From Nannocystales bacterium (lineage in GTDB: Bacteria > Myxococcota_A > Polyangia > Nannocystales > Nannocystaceae), in contig JBOEGF010000066.1 of the NCBI GenBank assembly GCA_050633305.1, positions 1 through 19,079 of the forward strand: a DNA stretch of 19,079 nucleotides, given 5' to 3'. A program made the translations under genes and the position numbers. Positions within the stretch are counted from its first letter, which is position 1, and each line of letters starts with the position of its first letter. The notes under the pieces were generated by a model, which was not told the origin of the DNA, searched no databases, and worked only from the letters and a program-made list of their open reading frames with translations. Below are positions 1-8,194 of this stretch, piece after piece.

Positions 1-606
1 CAGTTGTCGGACGAGTACGTCTTCGCCAACTACGTGAGCGCAGGCCACCTCGCGCGGTACCTTGTGGAAACCCGAGGGTGGGGGACGTACCTGGCTGTGC
101 TCGAGGGTGGCAGTGAGGCGGCGCTCGGCCAGAGCACAGAGGCGCTTTTCCAAGAGTACGAGCGAGAGGCTCCGGCTGCCTATCCGCCAGAGCCGTCGTC
201 CTGCGCCTTCCCTGAACTCGAAACCGATGGTGGTGACTGGTCGGAGAGGTTCACGTTCTCCTGCGATGCGCCCGAGGCGACGCAGTACGAATACCTGAAA
301 GGCTCCCGCTCAAGGGGGGCGGCGGTCGTCCGCTCGGTGGAGCTCGACGGCGGCACGTACGAGATGGAGAGCGCGGGTGGAGACGGGTTCATCCTCGTCG
401 GTTGTCTTACGGGCGTCCTCGACGTGCTCCCTGACGGTCCCTCGGAGGGGGACCTGGACAACGAGGTCGGACACTGGACAGGGCAGTTCTTTCCGTCCGG
501 TGTCCGTCACCGAATCTCGGTGACCCGCGGGCAGTACCGCGTCGCTGTCTCATCGGGGACTGAGGCGGAGACGGCCATGGAGTTTCATATCCGTCGTGTC
601 GATTGA
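1..606 (+). CDS. Hypothetical protein, 5'-partial (C-terminal part)
   Basis: Frame is open from base 1 to TGA at 604-606. Protein-like composition and GC3-rich codons. No family recognised with confidence. Confidence 0.7.
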   Translation, partial: QLSDEYVFANYVSAGHLARYLVETRGWGTYLAVLEGGSEAALGQSTEALFQEYEREAPAAYPPEPSSCAFPELETDGGDWSERFTFSCDAPEATQYEYLKGSRSRGAAVVRSVELDGGTYEMESAGGDGFILVGCLTGVLDVLPDGPSEGDLDNEVGHWTGQFFPSGVRHRISVTRGQYRVAVSSGTEAETAMEFHIRRVD

Positions 607-619
607 AGGACGAACGAAC

Positions 620-1369
620 ATGAACAGAACGTTTTGGCTCGAAGGAGCACTGGTCTCTACGCTGGCCGGGTGTGGTTTCATCGGTGATGCAGAACGGCTC
701 GAAGCCCCTCCGAAATTGACGAAAAGACTCGAGGACGTGCTCCGCCACTGTGATGACGGGTCTGGCGTGGATGCGTGCAAGCGTGCGATGAACACGCCGT
801 CATGGATCGCTGGGAAGAATCGAAAAGTCCCGTCGGGGTTCCTCAGCTTGTCGGTGGTTGAGTCGTGCCAGACGCAGAACTTTGCGGAACTCGAAGCGGT
901 CGTGCTGCTCACGTCTGGGGTTACCCGCATCCGAGCGGGGTTCCTGCGCCGCATCGACGGTGAATGGTTCAGCGGTAGAATCGTGACGGTCGAAGAGTCG
1001 ACGCCCAAGCTGTGTGAGGACATCCCCTTGATGTACGGACTGGAGGCCGCGAAGGAGGGGCTCGAGGACGCGCAGGGCTGGGTCGTCTGGTCACGTGCGG
1101 ACGGGAGGGATGCCTTCGACTTTCGGCCGCTGTGGAGGTACCAGTGCGAACTCAAGACCGTCATACTCGGGCGTTCTCCTGATGAAGACCCGGATCGGGT
1201 CGACGTCGGATGCTGGCTCTCGGACGGATTTCCAACCCTGTCAGACGAGTCGTCGCCCGTGTATGTCGAGAGCGACGAGATTCCATATGTCTACGTGCAG
1301 GTGGTGTTCACCGATGACACCCATACGGACATCGTGAAGATCGAGAACCCGAACTGGAAGGGACGATGA
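620..1369 (+). CDS. Hypothetical lipoprotein
   Basis: ATG at 620 after GAAGGA. N-terminus MNRTFWLEGALVSTLAGC has a lipobox (LAGC). Stop overlaps the next start (ATGA). Confidence 0.7.
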   Translation: MNRTFWLEGALVSTLAGCGFIGDAERLEAPPKLTKRLEDVLRHCDDGSGVDACKRAMNTPSWIAGKNRKVPSGFLSLSVVESCQTQNFAELEAVVLLTSGVTRIRAGFLRRIDGEWFSGRIVTVEESTPKLCEDIPLMYGLEAAKEGLEDAQGWVVWSRADGRDAFDFRPLWRYQCELKTVILGRSPDEDPDRVDVGCWLSDGFPTLSDESSPVYVESDEIPYVYVQVVFTDDTHTDIVKIENPNWKGR

Positions 1370-1929
1370 TGGTAACGCAGGCGCACGTTCGAGCGATCGT
1401 TGCGGCTACGCTTGTGGCTGCGGGCTGCGGGCTCGACTCCGATGGGGACGGCTGGCATGGGACCAGCGTGCAGCGCGAATGGTGGAAGGCGATTCGGAAG
1501 GCTTCAGCACCGCAGCGAGACACGGTGCTGAAAAGTTGGGGCTGGGTGCGTGTGCGAAGCCCCGAGGGGCTCGCAGCTGTGGCTACGCTGCCCGGTCGTT
1601 CACAGCGGCCGGTCGTTGTGTATTTCTTCGCGAAATGGTCCGCTTTGAATGGTGACCTCGAACGCCAAGTGTTGAGCGATCCCGCGGTGAGGGAGAGGCT
1701 CCGCGAGTTCACGATGGTCTACGTCGACGTGACAGAACCCGGCGCGGAACAGAAGGAAATGAAGAAAATGCTCGACGGAGAAATTGTTCCGAAGGTGCAT
1801 GTCTTTCGTACGGGGAGCGGGCTGGCGGCGTCGTTGCTGGCCGGAGAAGAACCTGCTCCGGAGGGGTCGATCGATGAGGTCGTTGGGGTTAGGGAATTCC
1901 TGGTGATGCTGGATAGCGTGAGCGGCTGA
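1366..1929 (+). CDS. Lipoprotein with thioredoxin-like (DsbD-gamma / Thioredoxin_7-like) domain lacking CxxC
   Basis: Lipobox AAGC. RPVVVYFFAKWSALN...LERQVLSDPAVRERLREFTMVYVDVT...VP follows the 'PVxVxFxAxWCxxC...F.DP.V...L..F..V.VDVT...vP' pattern, with both Cys replaced. Confidence 0.7.
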   Translation: MMVTQAHVRAIVAATLVAAGCGLDSDGDGWHGTSVQREWWKAIRKASAPQRDTVLKSWGWVRVRSPEGLAAVATLPGRSQRPVVVYFFAKWSALNGDLERQVLSDPAVRERLREFTMVYVDVTEPGAEQKEMKKMLDGEIVPKVHVFRTGSGLAASLLAGEEPAPEGSIDEVVGVREFLVMLDSVSG

Positions 1930-1972
1930 GCGGGGAGCCCGTCGAATAGGATGCCGAGTATCCCGTGGGGTA

Positions 1973-2021
1973 CATGGCGCCGATTAGCGCCAGATTCGCT
2001 CCCATTGTTCCCCCATGGGCC
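1973..2021 (+). repeat. ~48-bp imperfect direct repeat, copy A (copy B at 5568-5615)
   Basis: catggcgccgattagcgccagattcgctcccattgttcccccatgggcc aligns by eye with catggcgccgcttagcgccgggtcctgctccattgttccccacgggcc. Both have a GGCGC-N6-GCGCC core. Confidence 0.75.
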
Positions 2022-2173
2022 TCAGCGTGGACGTGACGGAACCCGACGCCGAGGTGCGAGAGCTGCAGCGTGTCCTCAAGGGCGGGGCGGTCCCCAAGGT
2101 GGACGTGTCTAGGGCAGGGGGCGAGCTTGCGGCCGTCCCTGTGCAGCGGAGATGCACCCGTCCCGACGGGTGA
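2015..2173 (+). pseudogene. Degenerate fragment paralogous to the C-terminal half of the 1366-1929 protein
   Basis: Translation from 2027, VDVTEPDAEVRELQRVLKGGAVPKVDVSRAGGELAA, against VDVTEPGAEQKEMKKMLDGEIVPKVHVFRTGSGLAA gives 21/36 identities by manual count. Confidence 0.75.
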
Positions 2174-2199
2174 TCCGGCAAGCCCCGGACTGCGGCCGA

Positions 2200-3069
2200 C
2201 TAAAACCGGCCGCTGAGAACGGCGCCGTGGCTCGTCGGTAGGAGCGTCAGCGAAGCCATGCCATTCCTCCATCGTTTAGAGCGCCTCTTGCCCTCTCGGC
2301 GCAGCAGAATCCCTGCGGTGATCCCGGCAGCACCGAGGCCGAGGCCAGTTCCGAGCCAGAGCGCGGCTCGTCGCCGGGCTCTCTTTGCGTACTCCTCTCT
2401 CTCTGAGATGGACAGCTGGTATGAGGTGCACCTATCGTTGTCCTGGACGGTCCCTGTGCACTCGCTGTCGAAACTCTCTTGATCGTCCTCTATCCTCCTG
2501 TTGAAGAAGAAAAGGTCGTCGATGTGGCGTTGTCCGACAGCGATCCCTATAGCGATCGGGATTGGGGCAAGAATGAGTGCTGCTGTACCTCCTCGACGCA
2601 AGTGGGTCCCGGGATCATCACCTGTCGCAAGTGGCTTCGGCTCTTGTAGCACCAGCCGTCGCGGTGGCGGTTCTCCCGTGCCTTGAGGGTCCTTCATCCT
2701 GCGAGCGCAGTGAAGGACCGCGTCGCGTGTTGGTTGCTGGGCCGGGTGGTCCACGGGCAGGAGTTCTATGACACGTTGATAGTCGGAAACCGCAAGTTCA
2801 CAGCGACCGAGATGGTTGTGGGTCTGAGCGCGGCTGTAGAGCGCTCGCGGACTGACCTCGACTTGGAGAGAGGCATCGAAGGCAGAGAGTGCTTTCTCGA
2901 AGTCCCCGTGCTCGAAGGCTCGGACTCCTGCCTCGTAGAGAGCTTCTGCTTCGGAGTCAGAGGCAAGTTCGATGCTTTGCTCGACAGAGGATGAGGAGGG
3001 GGGCTGTTTGGGCTCGCTCTCCGTGGGTGGCGGGGAGAATAAGAGGGCCAGCGCTATCGGGGCCAACAT
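2200..3069 (-). CDS. Secreted/membrane tetratricopeptide-repeat protein
   Basis: Signal-like MLAPIALALLF (ATG 3069). TPR helices (EALYEAGVRAFEHGDFEKALSAFDASL, ALYSRAQTHNHLGRCELAVSDYQRV). Two hydrophobic segments and a C-terminal LSGRF. Confidence 0.8.
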   Translation of the reverse strand: MLAPIALALLFSPPPTESEPKQPPSSSSVEQSIELASDSEAEALYEAGVRAFEHGDFEKALSAFDASLQVEVSPRALYSRAQTHNHLGRCELAVSDYQRVIELLPVDHPAQQPTRDAVLHCARRMKDPQGTGEPPPRRLVLQEPKPLATGDDPGTHLRRGGTAALILAPIPIAIGIAVGQRHIDDLFFFNRRIEDDQESFDSECTGTVQDNDRCTSYQLSISEREEYAKRARRRAALWLGTGLGLGAAGITAGILLRREGKRRSKRWRNGMASLTLLPTSHGAVLSGRF

Positions 3070-3225
3070 GTTGGAAGGGTACCGGAACGGGGTTCCGGCC
3101 GCTTCAGTCACGTTTGCCCGTTAAAGCGTGATCGAAGCCGAGGCGGAAACGTGACCGAACGGCGTGGCGTGGCGGCGCGGTGGAACTTGGGCTCGATGCT
3201 GACCCGAGGCGTCGTACGATGGGGC

Positions 3226-3447
3226 ATGGACAAGGTCGCATCGAACCTGCGCGAGGCGATGGGTCGGTACTACCGGGTGCAGGCCGTGGCGTTCGTGCGG
3301 AGGAAGGCGAAGGGGCCGGCTGATCCTGGCTTCGAGCCGTTGAGCGACGACGAGTTCGCGGCGCTGGAGGAGCTGGTCTCCGCGATCGAGGACGTTCGCG
3401 ACGCGCGGGTGGCTTGGGTCGCGGCTGGTCGGCCGTCGCTGGGGTGA
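3226..3447 (+). CDS. Small hypothetical helical protein (~73 aa)
   Basis: ATG 3226 lies 5 nt after TACGAT (possible leaderless -10). GC3-rich codons. No family recognised. Confidence 0.45.
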   Translation: MDKVASNLREAMGRYYRVQAVAFVRRKAKGPADPGFEPLSDDEFAALEELVSAIEDVRDARVAWVAAGRPSLG

Positions 3448-3671
3448 GCGTTTTGGCTCTAAACGGGATCGCGGGATGCGATCATGGTCGTCATGACGCA
3501 GCTCGCGATCGACTTCTCCGCGCCGGTGCGTTCTCGAGGTCCGTCGGCGAAGGGCAGGGCGCTCGCGGGACCATTCTCTATAGAGGGGAAGGCGGGGCGG
3601 GACCTGCCGCCCGAGGTCTACACGCGCGACGAGGTGCAGCGGTCAGGGGCCGGCCCCGTGGCGTTACGGCG

Positions 3672-3932
3672 TTACGAGCCTCGCCGGGTTCGTCGCTTCT
3701 CGATGATGACCGGCGCACTCTGTCGGGACGACGGCACGACCCGTCGTCGACGAGCTGCTGGTTGCGAGCGAGGGGAGGGCTGCTCGCCCGACGCATCGAC
3801 AAGCTCGATCGCCGCCTCGTCGTCGACGCCGGACAGCCGGAGTCGGACTTCACCCCTTCCCACGTGGACGACCTCGACCTCGATGGCCCCGATGAACGTC
3901 CGCTGTCCGGCTTTGCGGGTGAGGGTGAGCAT
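3672..3932 (-). CDS. Divergent CsrA/RsmA-like (carbon storage regulator family) protein, 86 aa
   Basis: Internal ATG of the 3672..4568 ORF gives MLTLTRKAGQRTFIGAIEVEVVHVGRGEVRLRL, matching the CsrA N-terminal pattern MLxLTRKxGExIxIG..IxVxV..V.G..VRL. Basic C-terminal tail. Confidence 0.65.
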   Translation of the reverse strand: MLTLTRKAGQRTFIGAIEVEVVHVGRGEVRLRLSGVDDEAAIELVDASGEQPSPRSQPAARRRRVVPSSRQSAPVIIEKRRTRRGS

Positions 3933-4023
3933 GGTCGGCCTGTACCACGAGGAGCTGGGGCGCGGCGCTCGCCCAGGCTGACCGGTCGGAGCGCCAGGTC
4001 GAGCCGCGGTCCCAAGGTCTTGG

Positions 4024-4059
4024 ATCGGAGTCCGATAATTATCTTTATCGGATACCGAT
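4024..4059. other. Palindromic putative tyrosine-recombinase core site (dif-like, symmetric arms)
   Basis: atcggag-TCCGATAA-ttatct-TTATCGGA-taccgat: perfect 8-bp arms around a 6-bp spacer, 13/15 symmetric when extended. Lies ~400 bp upstream of the recombinase. Confidence 0.65.
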
Positions 4060-4199
4060 GGGCCCCGGTCGGTGATCGAAAACGATCGCGCTGGCCGGTT
4101 CGGGAGGGGGCGTCTCGAATCCCGAGGCGTTAACCGCGCGCGAGGATCGCCGTCCAAAGCCCTCGACCTCGATCCCGCTATATAGAAGGATGGTTCCCA

Positions 4200-4454
4200 A
4201 TGGTGGAGAGCGAGACGAGGACCGGTGAGGTCGAGTTTGGTCCTGGCGTCCTGGTCGAGCGTGCTCGGGAGAAACTTCGTGATGCGTTGGCAATGCTTGG
4301 CGACGAGCCTGGCGTCGAGGTCGACGATGGTTCGGTGACCGACGCGGGCGTTCTCTCGATGCGGGCGGGTGAGATGTTGGAGGACGCGTTTCGGATGCGG
4401 GTCGATGAACGGACGACCGTGCGCCAGGAAGAGAAGGGCGAAGCCGATGGGTGA
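4200..4454 (+). CDS. Small acidic hypothetical protein coupled to the recombinase
   Basis: AGAAGGA RBS before ATG 4200. Stop overlaps the recombinase start region (4447). Confidence 0.55.
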   Translation: MVESETRTGEVEFGPGVLVERAREKLRDALAMLGDEPGVEVDDGSVTDAGVLSMRAGEMLEDAFRMRVDERTTVRQEEKGEADG

Positions 4455-5418
4455 TCTGGTTCGGCTCGAGACGAAGGGGTTGGTGCCAGCTGTGGTGGTC
4501 GAACTCGGGCGGAAGGCCGAGCGGACCTTCGTCGAGTTTTTCACCGCCCACCTGAGCAACGACCACACCCGAAGGGCCTACGCTCACGCGGCGGCGGACC
4601 TTTCGGACTGGTTGGCGCTGCAAGGTTGGTCGCTCGGTGAGCTGGAGCCGATCGAGGCTGCGACGTACATCGAGTTTCTAAAGAGGGAAGGGAAGGCGAC
4701 GTCTACCGTCAAGGCGCGGCTGTCGGCGCTGCGGAACCTCTGCGACTACATGGCGTCGAAGGGCGCGTTGGAGTGGAACCCGTTCTCGGTGGTGCGGGCG
4801 CCTCGGGTGAGCGCGGGCGAAGGAAAGACGCCGATCCTCGAGGCGGAGGACGTGCGGGCGTTGTTCGGCTCGATCGGGATCGAGGATGTTGTCGACTTGC
4901 GGGATCGGGCGATCCTCTCGCTGATGCTCTACACGTTCGCGCGGGTGGGGGCGGTGGTGAAGGTGGATGGCCGGCACTACGAGGCCGGCTCAGCTCGGGC
5001 GAGTGTCGCTCTGCACGAAAAGCGCGGGCGGTTCCACCGGGTGCCGTGCCACCATCAGTTGCACGAGGCGATGGAGGCGTTCTTGGTGGTGTCTCCTGTC
5101 GGACCGCGGACGCCTGTGTTTCGTTCGGCTGACCGAGCGCGGGACGAGGAGGGGCGCCGGCAACTTACGCGGCGCCGACTCCAGCCGCGGAACGTACTGA
5201 CGATGGTGAAGCGCCGTGCGGCGGCGGTGGGGCTGCCGGGGGAATCCGTCTGCAATCACAGCTTCCGCGGAACAGGGATCACGAACTTCATGGAGAACGG
5301 CGGGGCGATCGATGTCGCCGCGGGCATTGCCGGGCACTCGTCGACGAAGACGACGCAGCTCTACAACCGCTCGGCGCAGACGGTGCAGCGCGATGAGATC
5401 GAGCGGGTGAGGTTTTGA
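4447..5418 (+). CDS. Tyrosine-type site-specific recombinase (phage integrase/Xer superfamily)
   Basis: SAM-like N-domain (TRRAY...STVKARLSALRNLCDY). Catalytic residues R (YTFARV), K (HEKRG), HxxR (HSFR), H (AGH) and Y (TQLY). ATG 4447 is the likely start. Confidence 0.95.
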   Translation: MGDLVRLETKGLVPAVVVELGRKAERTFVEFFTAHLSNDHTRRAYAHAAADLSDWLALQGWSLGELEPIEAATYIEFLKREGKATSTVKARLSALRNLCDYMASKGALEWNPFSVVRAPRVSAGEGKTPILEAEDVRALFGSIGIEDVVDLRDRAILSLMLYTFARVGAVVKVDGRHYEAGSARASVALHEKRGRFHRVPCHHQLHEAMEAFLVVSPVGPRTPVFRSADRARDEEGRRQLTRRRLQPRNVLTMVKRRAAAVGLPGESVCNHSFRGTGITNFMENGGAIDVAAGIAGHSSTKTTQLYNRSAQTVQRDEIERVRF

Positions 5419-5567
5419 GTTCGATGGCGAGACATTTTTCTCCGATGTGCCTCGACCCCCAGCGCATCAATATCAGGGGCACTGCGCGTTCGCGGTCTCG
5501 AACCTCAGAGGACGCCTTCGGGCGCTCCAGAGCCCAGATCGAGAACTCGACGACGACGCATAGCGGT

Positions 5568-5615
5568 CATGGCGCCGCTTAGCGCCGGGTCCTGCTCCAT
5601 TGTTCCCCACGGGCC
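5568..5615 (+). repeat. ~48-bp imperfect direct repeat, copy B (copy A at 1973-2021)
   Basis: Matches copy A. Lies 150 bp downstream of the recombinase and upstream of the ATPase. Confidence 0.75.
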
Positions 5616-5706
5616 GATCCGGCGCTCCCGCGTCGGTCCTTCTCCGTCGCACGAGACCGTCTCAGACAGGTCTTGTCGGCTGGGGTAATCTCGTGCCGGA
5701 GTTACA

Positions 5707-6996
5707 GTGCGCATCTCGAAGCTCGTCTTAGAGGACTTCCGCGGTTTCAGAAAGTCGACCTTCGAATCCACCTCGTCGAATACCACCGTGTTCGCTGGGC
5801 CGAATGGGTGCGGCAAGAGTTCCGTATTGGACGCGATCGCTAGTGCGGGAAGCGGTGTGCCATCCGTCTTGGCAGGGAGCGTCCGCTCGGTGTTCGGAGG
5901 AGGTGACGTCGGGAACATCCGTGGTGGTGCGGACTCCGCGAGATGGAGCCTGGAACTGCGCCAAGGCGAGGGCGTCGCGAGCTTCGGCCTGGGTGCCTGG
6001 CACGACTTCGCAACGGCACCAGAGGGTTGGGGGGGGGACCAGAAGTTTGGCGTCGTGACGACTTGGGCAGAGGCGCTATCTGCCGGAAAGGCGGCTGAGG
6101 TTGATCTCCCGATATTGACCTACCTCCATGGCGGCTCGACCCGATCTGTGGCTCGGCGGGAAGTAAACGACGACCTGCTGACGGGGCGGCTCACCGCCTA
6201 CCAAGGCGCGTTCGACCAAGAGGCAGCCCACTTCGACGACTTCGAGCGGTGGTACGAGCAGGAAGAGAACCTCGAAAACGAAGCGAAGATCCGATCCGGA
6301 AACCTCCGACACGAACTCCATTCGCTCCGGGCCGTCCGCGGTGCTCTCCAGACGTTCTTGAGGGCCTTGGAGGCGACCGAGATAACCAACTTTCAAGTCT
6401 TGCGATCTCATGTGGAGGGGCCCTTCGGCGACGTCCGTGGCCGGCTCACTGTCAAGAAGAACGACGAGCCGCTCTTTCTCGACCAGCTCTCGGACGGAGA
6501 GCGTCGCCTGATCCTACTGGTTGGCGACGTCGCCCGTCGAATGGCTGTCCTAAACCCGCATCTAAGCGAGCCGGCAAGCGGGCCAGGCATCCTTCTGGCC
6601 GACGAAATTGACCTGCATCTACACCCTGGGTGGCAACGACGCGTACTTCCTGCCCTGCGCCTAGCATTCCCCAATGTCCAGCTCGTCGCCACCACGCACT
6701 CGCCCCAGGTTCTCGCGTCGGTAGACAGCGCGAGCGTGGTGTTGATGAAAAACTTCGAGTTTCTCCCGGGACACCCCAAAGTGCGGGGTCGAGATACCAA
6801 CACCCTTCTAGAAAATGTCTTCGAAGTTCCCGAACGCCCCGAAGAGATCAAGACGAAGCTAGCCGAACTGTACGATGCGCTGGACGACCAGCCTGAGCGT
6901 GCGCAGGAGCTGTACCGCTCGCTTGAGCGTATCCTGGAGTCCGATGACCCCGAACTGGTACGGATCCAGACCCTTCTTGAACTTGTCCTCGCCTGA
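5707..6996 (+). CDS. ptuA: ABC/AAA-type ATPase, Septu/retron PtuA-like
   Basis: Walker A GPNGCGKS, ABC signature LSDGERR, Walker B/D-loop ILLADEIDLHLHP, H-loop TTHSP, and GRDTNTLLENVF motif. Coupled (TGATG) to an HNH gene. Confidence 0.85.
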   Translation: MRISKLVLEDFRGFRKSTFESTSSNTTVFAGPNGCGKSSVLDAIASAGSGVPSVLAGSVRSVFGGGDVGNIRGGADSARWSLELRQGEGVASFGLGAWHDFATAPEGWGGDQKFGVVTTWAEALSAGKAAEVDLPILTYLHGGSTRSVARREVNDDLLTGRLTAYQGAFDQEAAHFDDFERWYEQEENLENEAKIRSGNLRHELHSLRAVRGALQTFLRALEATEITNFQVLRSHVEGPFGDVRGRLTVKKNDEPLFLDQLSDGERRLILLVGDVARRMAVLNPHLSEPASGPGILLADEIDLHLHPGWQRRVLPALRLAFPNVQLVATTHSPQVLASVDSASVVLMKNFEFLPGHPKVRGRDTNTLLENVFEVPERPEEIKTKLAELYDALDDQPERAQELYRSLERILESDDPELVRIQTLLELVLA

Positions 6997-7676
6997 TGCG
7001 CAAGATCGAAAAAGGTAGCCCTCCGCCCGTGGTCGCGGTTCTTCGCCGAACTCCCGGCGCAACTTGGGCCAGTGTCCACGGTGATCAGAAGGCCGAGATG
7101 CGCCTAGTCCTCGGTGAAGAGCAGCGTGGGCTGTGCGCCTATTGCATGGCGCGCCTGCCCCCAGGGAATCGGACGACTGTGGAGCACTGGAAACCACGAA
7201 GCGAAGCGGATACAGATCCATTCGCTTGGCCCGACCTCCTGGCCGTTTGCGAAGGCGGTGGAGGTGGAGCCGCGAACCCTACTTGCGACCGCCGTCGTGG
7301 GGATGAACCTCTTAATCTCCACCCCGCACGGGCCAGCCCTCAGGTTGAGTCGCTCGTGCGCTTCAAGCTCGATGGTCGCTTCCGCGTCACGAATACGTCG
7401 TACGATCAGGAAGTGGTCGATGTCCTTGGTCTCGACGCGCCACTCCTCGTCGCCGCTCGCAAGGAGGCCATAGATGCCGTTGTAAGCCGAATCCAACACG
7501 CTCGAACGGGCTCGAGAAAGAGTAGGGTTCAGCAACTGCGCCGCATGCTCGAGCTCTACGAATCCCCGAGCGGTAAACTACCTCCGTTCCCGACTGCCGT
7601 AGTCTCTCTCCTAAGGCGTGCGCTGGCCAAGGCGAGCGAGCGCTCACGCCGGCTCGCATCGCGAGCCGAGCGCTGA
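6996..7676 (+). CDS. ptuB: HNH endonuclease, PtuB-like (TIGR02646-type pattern)
   Basis: EQRGLCAYCM...VEHWKPRS...FAWPDLLAVC...TCDRRRG pattern. Translationally coupled to the ATPase. Confidence 0.85.
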   Translation: MRKIEKGSPPPVVAVLRRTPGATWASVHGDQKAEMRLVLGEEQRGLCAYCMARLPPGNRTTVEHWKPRSEADTDPFAWPDLLAVCEGGGGGAANPTCDRRRGDEPLNLHPARASPQVESLVRFKLDGRFRVTNTSYDQEVVDVLGLDAPLLVAARKEAIDAVVSRIQHARTGSRKSRVQQLRRMLELYESPSGKLPPFPTAVVSLLRRALAKASERSRRLASRAER

Positions 7677-7736
7677 TCCAACGAGGTACGGACAGGCCCG
7701 CGTGCTTCGGCCCGGCATCGAGCCGTCGCGGCTGTC

Positions 7737-8048
7737 AGGGTAGGAACCATATCGGTGTAAAAACCGATCACAGTGCGATCGAAGCGGCCGAGGGTGCGGC
7801 GCGTCAACGATGACGGCGACCAGGAAGCGAGGTGGCCAAGCGCCTTCGTGTTGCGCTACCGACCCTTCATCGGGCCGTTGGGGCGTTCCAAAAAGGGGTA
7901 GCTCTGGACGAGGGTCCGACCCCTTGAACTCAGGTGCGCCGCAGAGGCGTTCCAAACCCCTGGGTTACGGTGCGAAGCCACATATCGGCGCGCCAGCATC
8001 CATCTGCGGAGTTGTGAGCGGTTTTCACACCGATATGGTTCCTACCCT
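7737..8048. mobile_element. 312-bp non-coding element with 36-bp terminal inverted repeats (MITE-like or invertible segment)
   Basis: 7737-7772 agggtaggaaccatatcggtgtaaaaaccgatcaca and 8013-8048 tgtgagcggttttcacaccgatatggttcctaccct are inverted with 34/36 matches. No convincing internal gene or target duplication. Confidence 0.7.
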
Positions 8049-8194
8049 TCATACTTCGTCATGAGGTTCTCGCGCGTGGTGGCCAAAACCGGACGTTTTG
8101 CCTGCTCGTGTAGGGAACCTGGCGCCCACTAGCGCCGTCTACCGTTCCAATGTTCCTCATGCCCCGACTCCGCAACCATGTTCCCATCTCGCCT

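Noticed and set aside
3933..4568. 298-aa minus-strand ORF 3672..4568 as a single protein
   Set aside because: The upstream part is antisense to the 4200 ORF and the recombinase and crosses the palindrome. Only the last 86 codons look like a real protein.
5428..5455. Possible recombination site just after the recombinase (gagacat...atgtgcctc)
   Set aside because: Symmetry is weak and the spacing does not fit the 11-6-11 pattern.
7737..8048. Retron msr-msd ncRNA (long a1/a2-like inverted repeats beside PtuAB)
   Set aside because: There is no reverse transcriptase in the window, no long msd-type hairpin that I can find inside, and no clear unpaired branching G opposite a G at the stem base. 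Kept only as a remote alternative.
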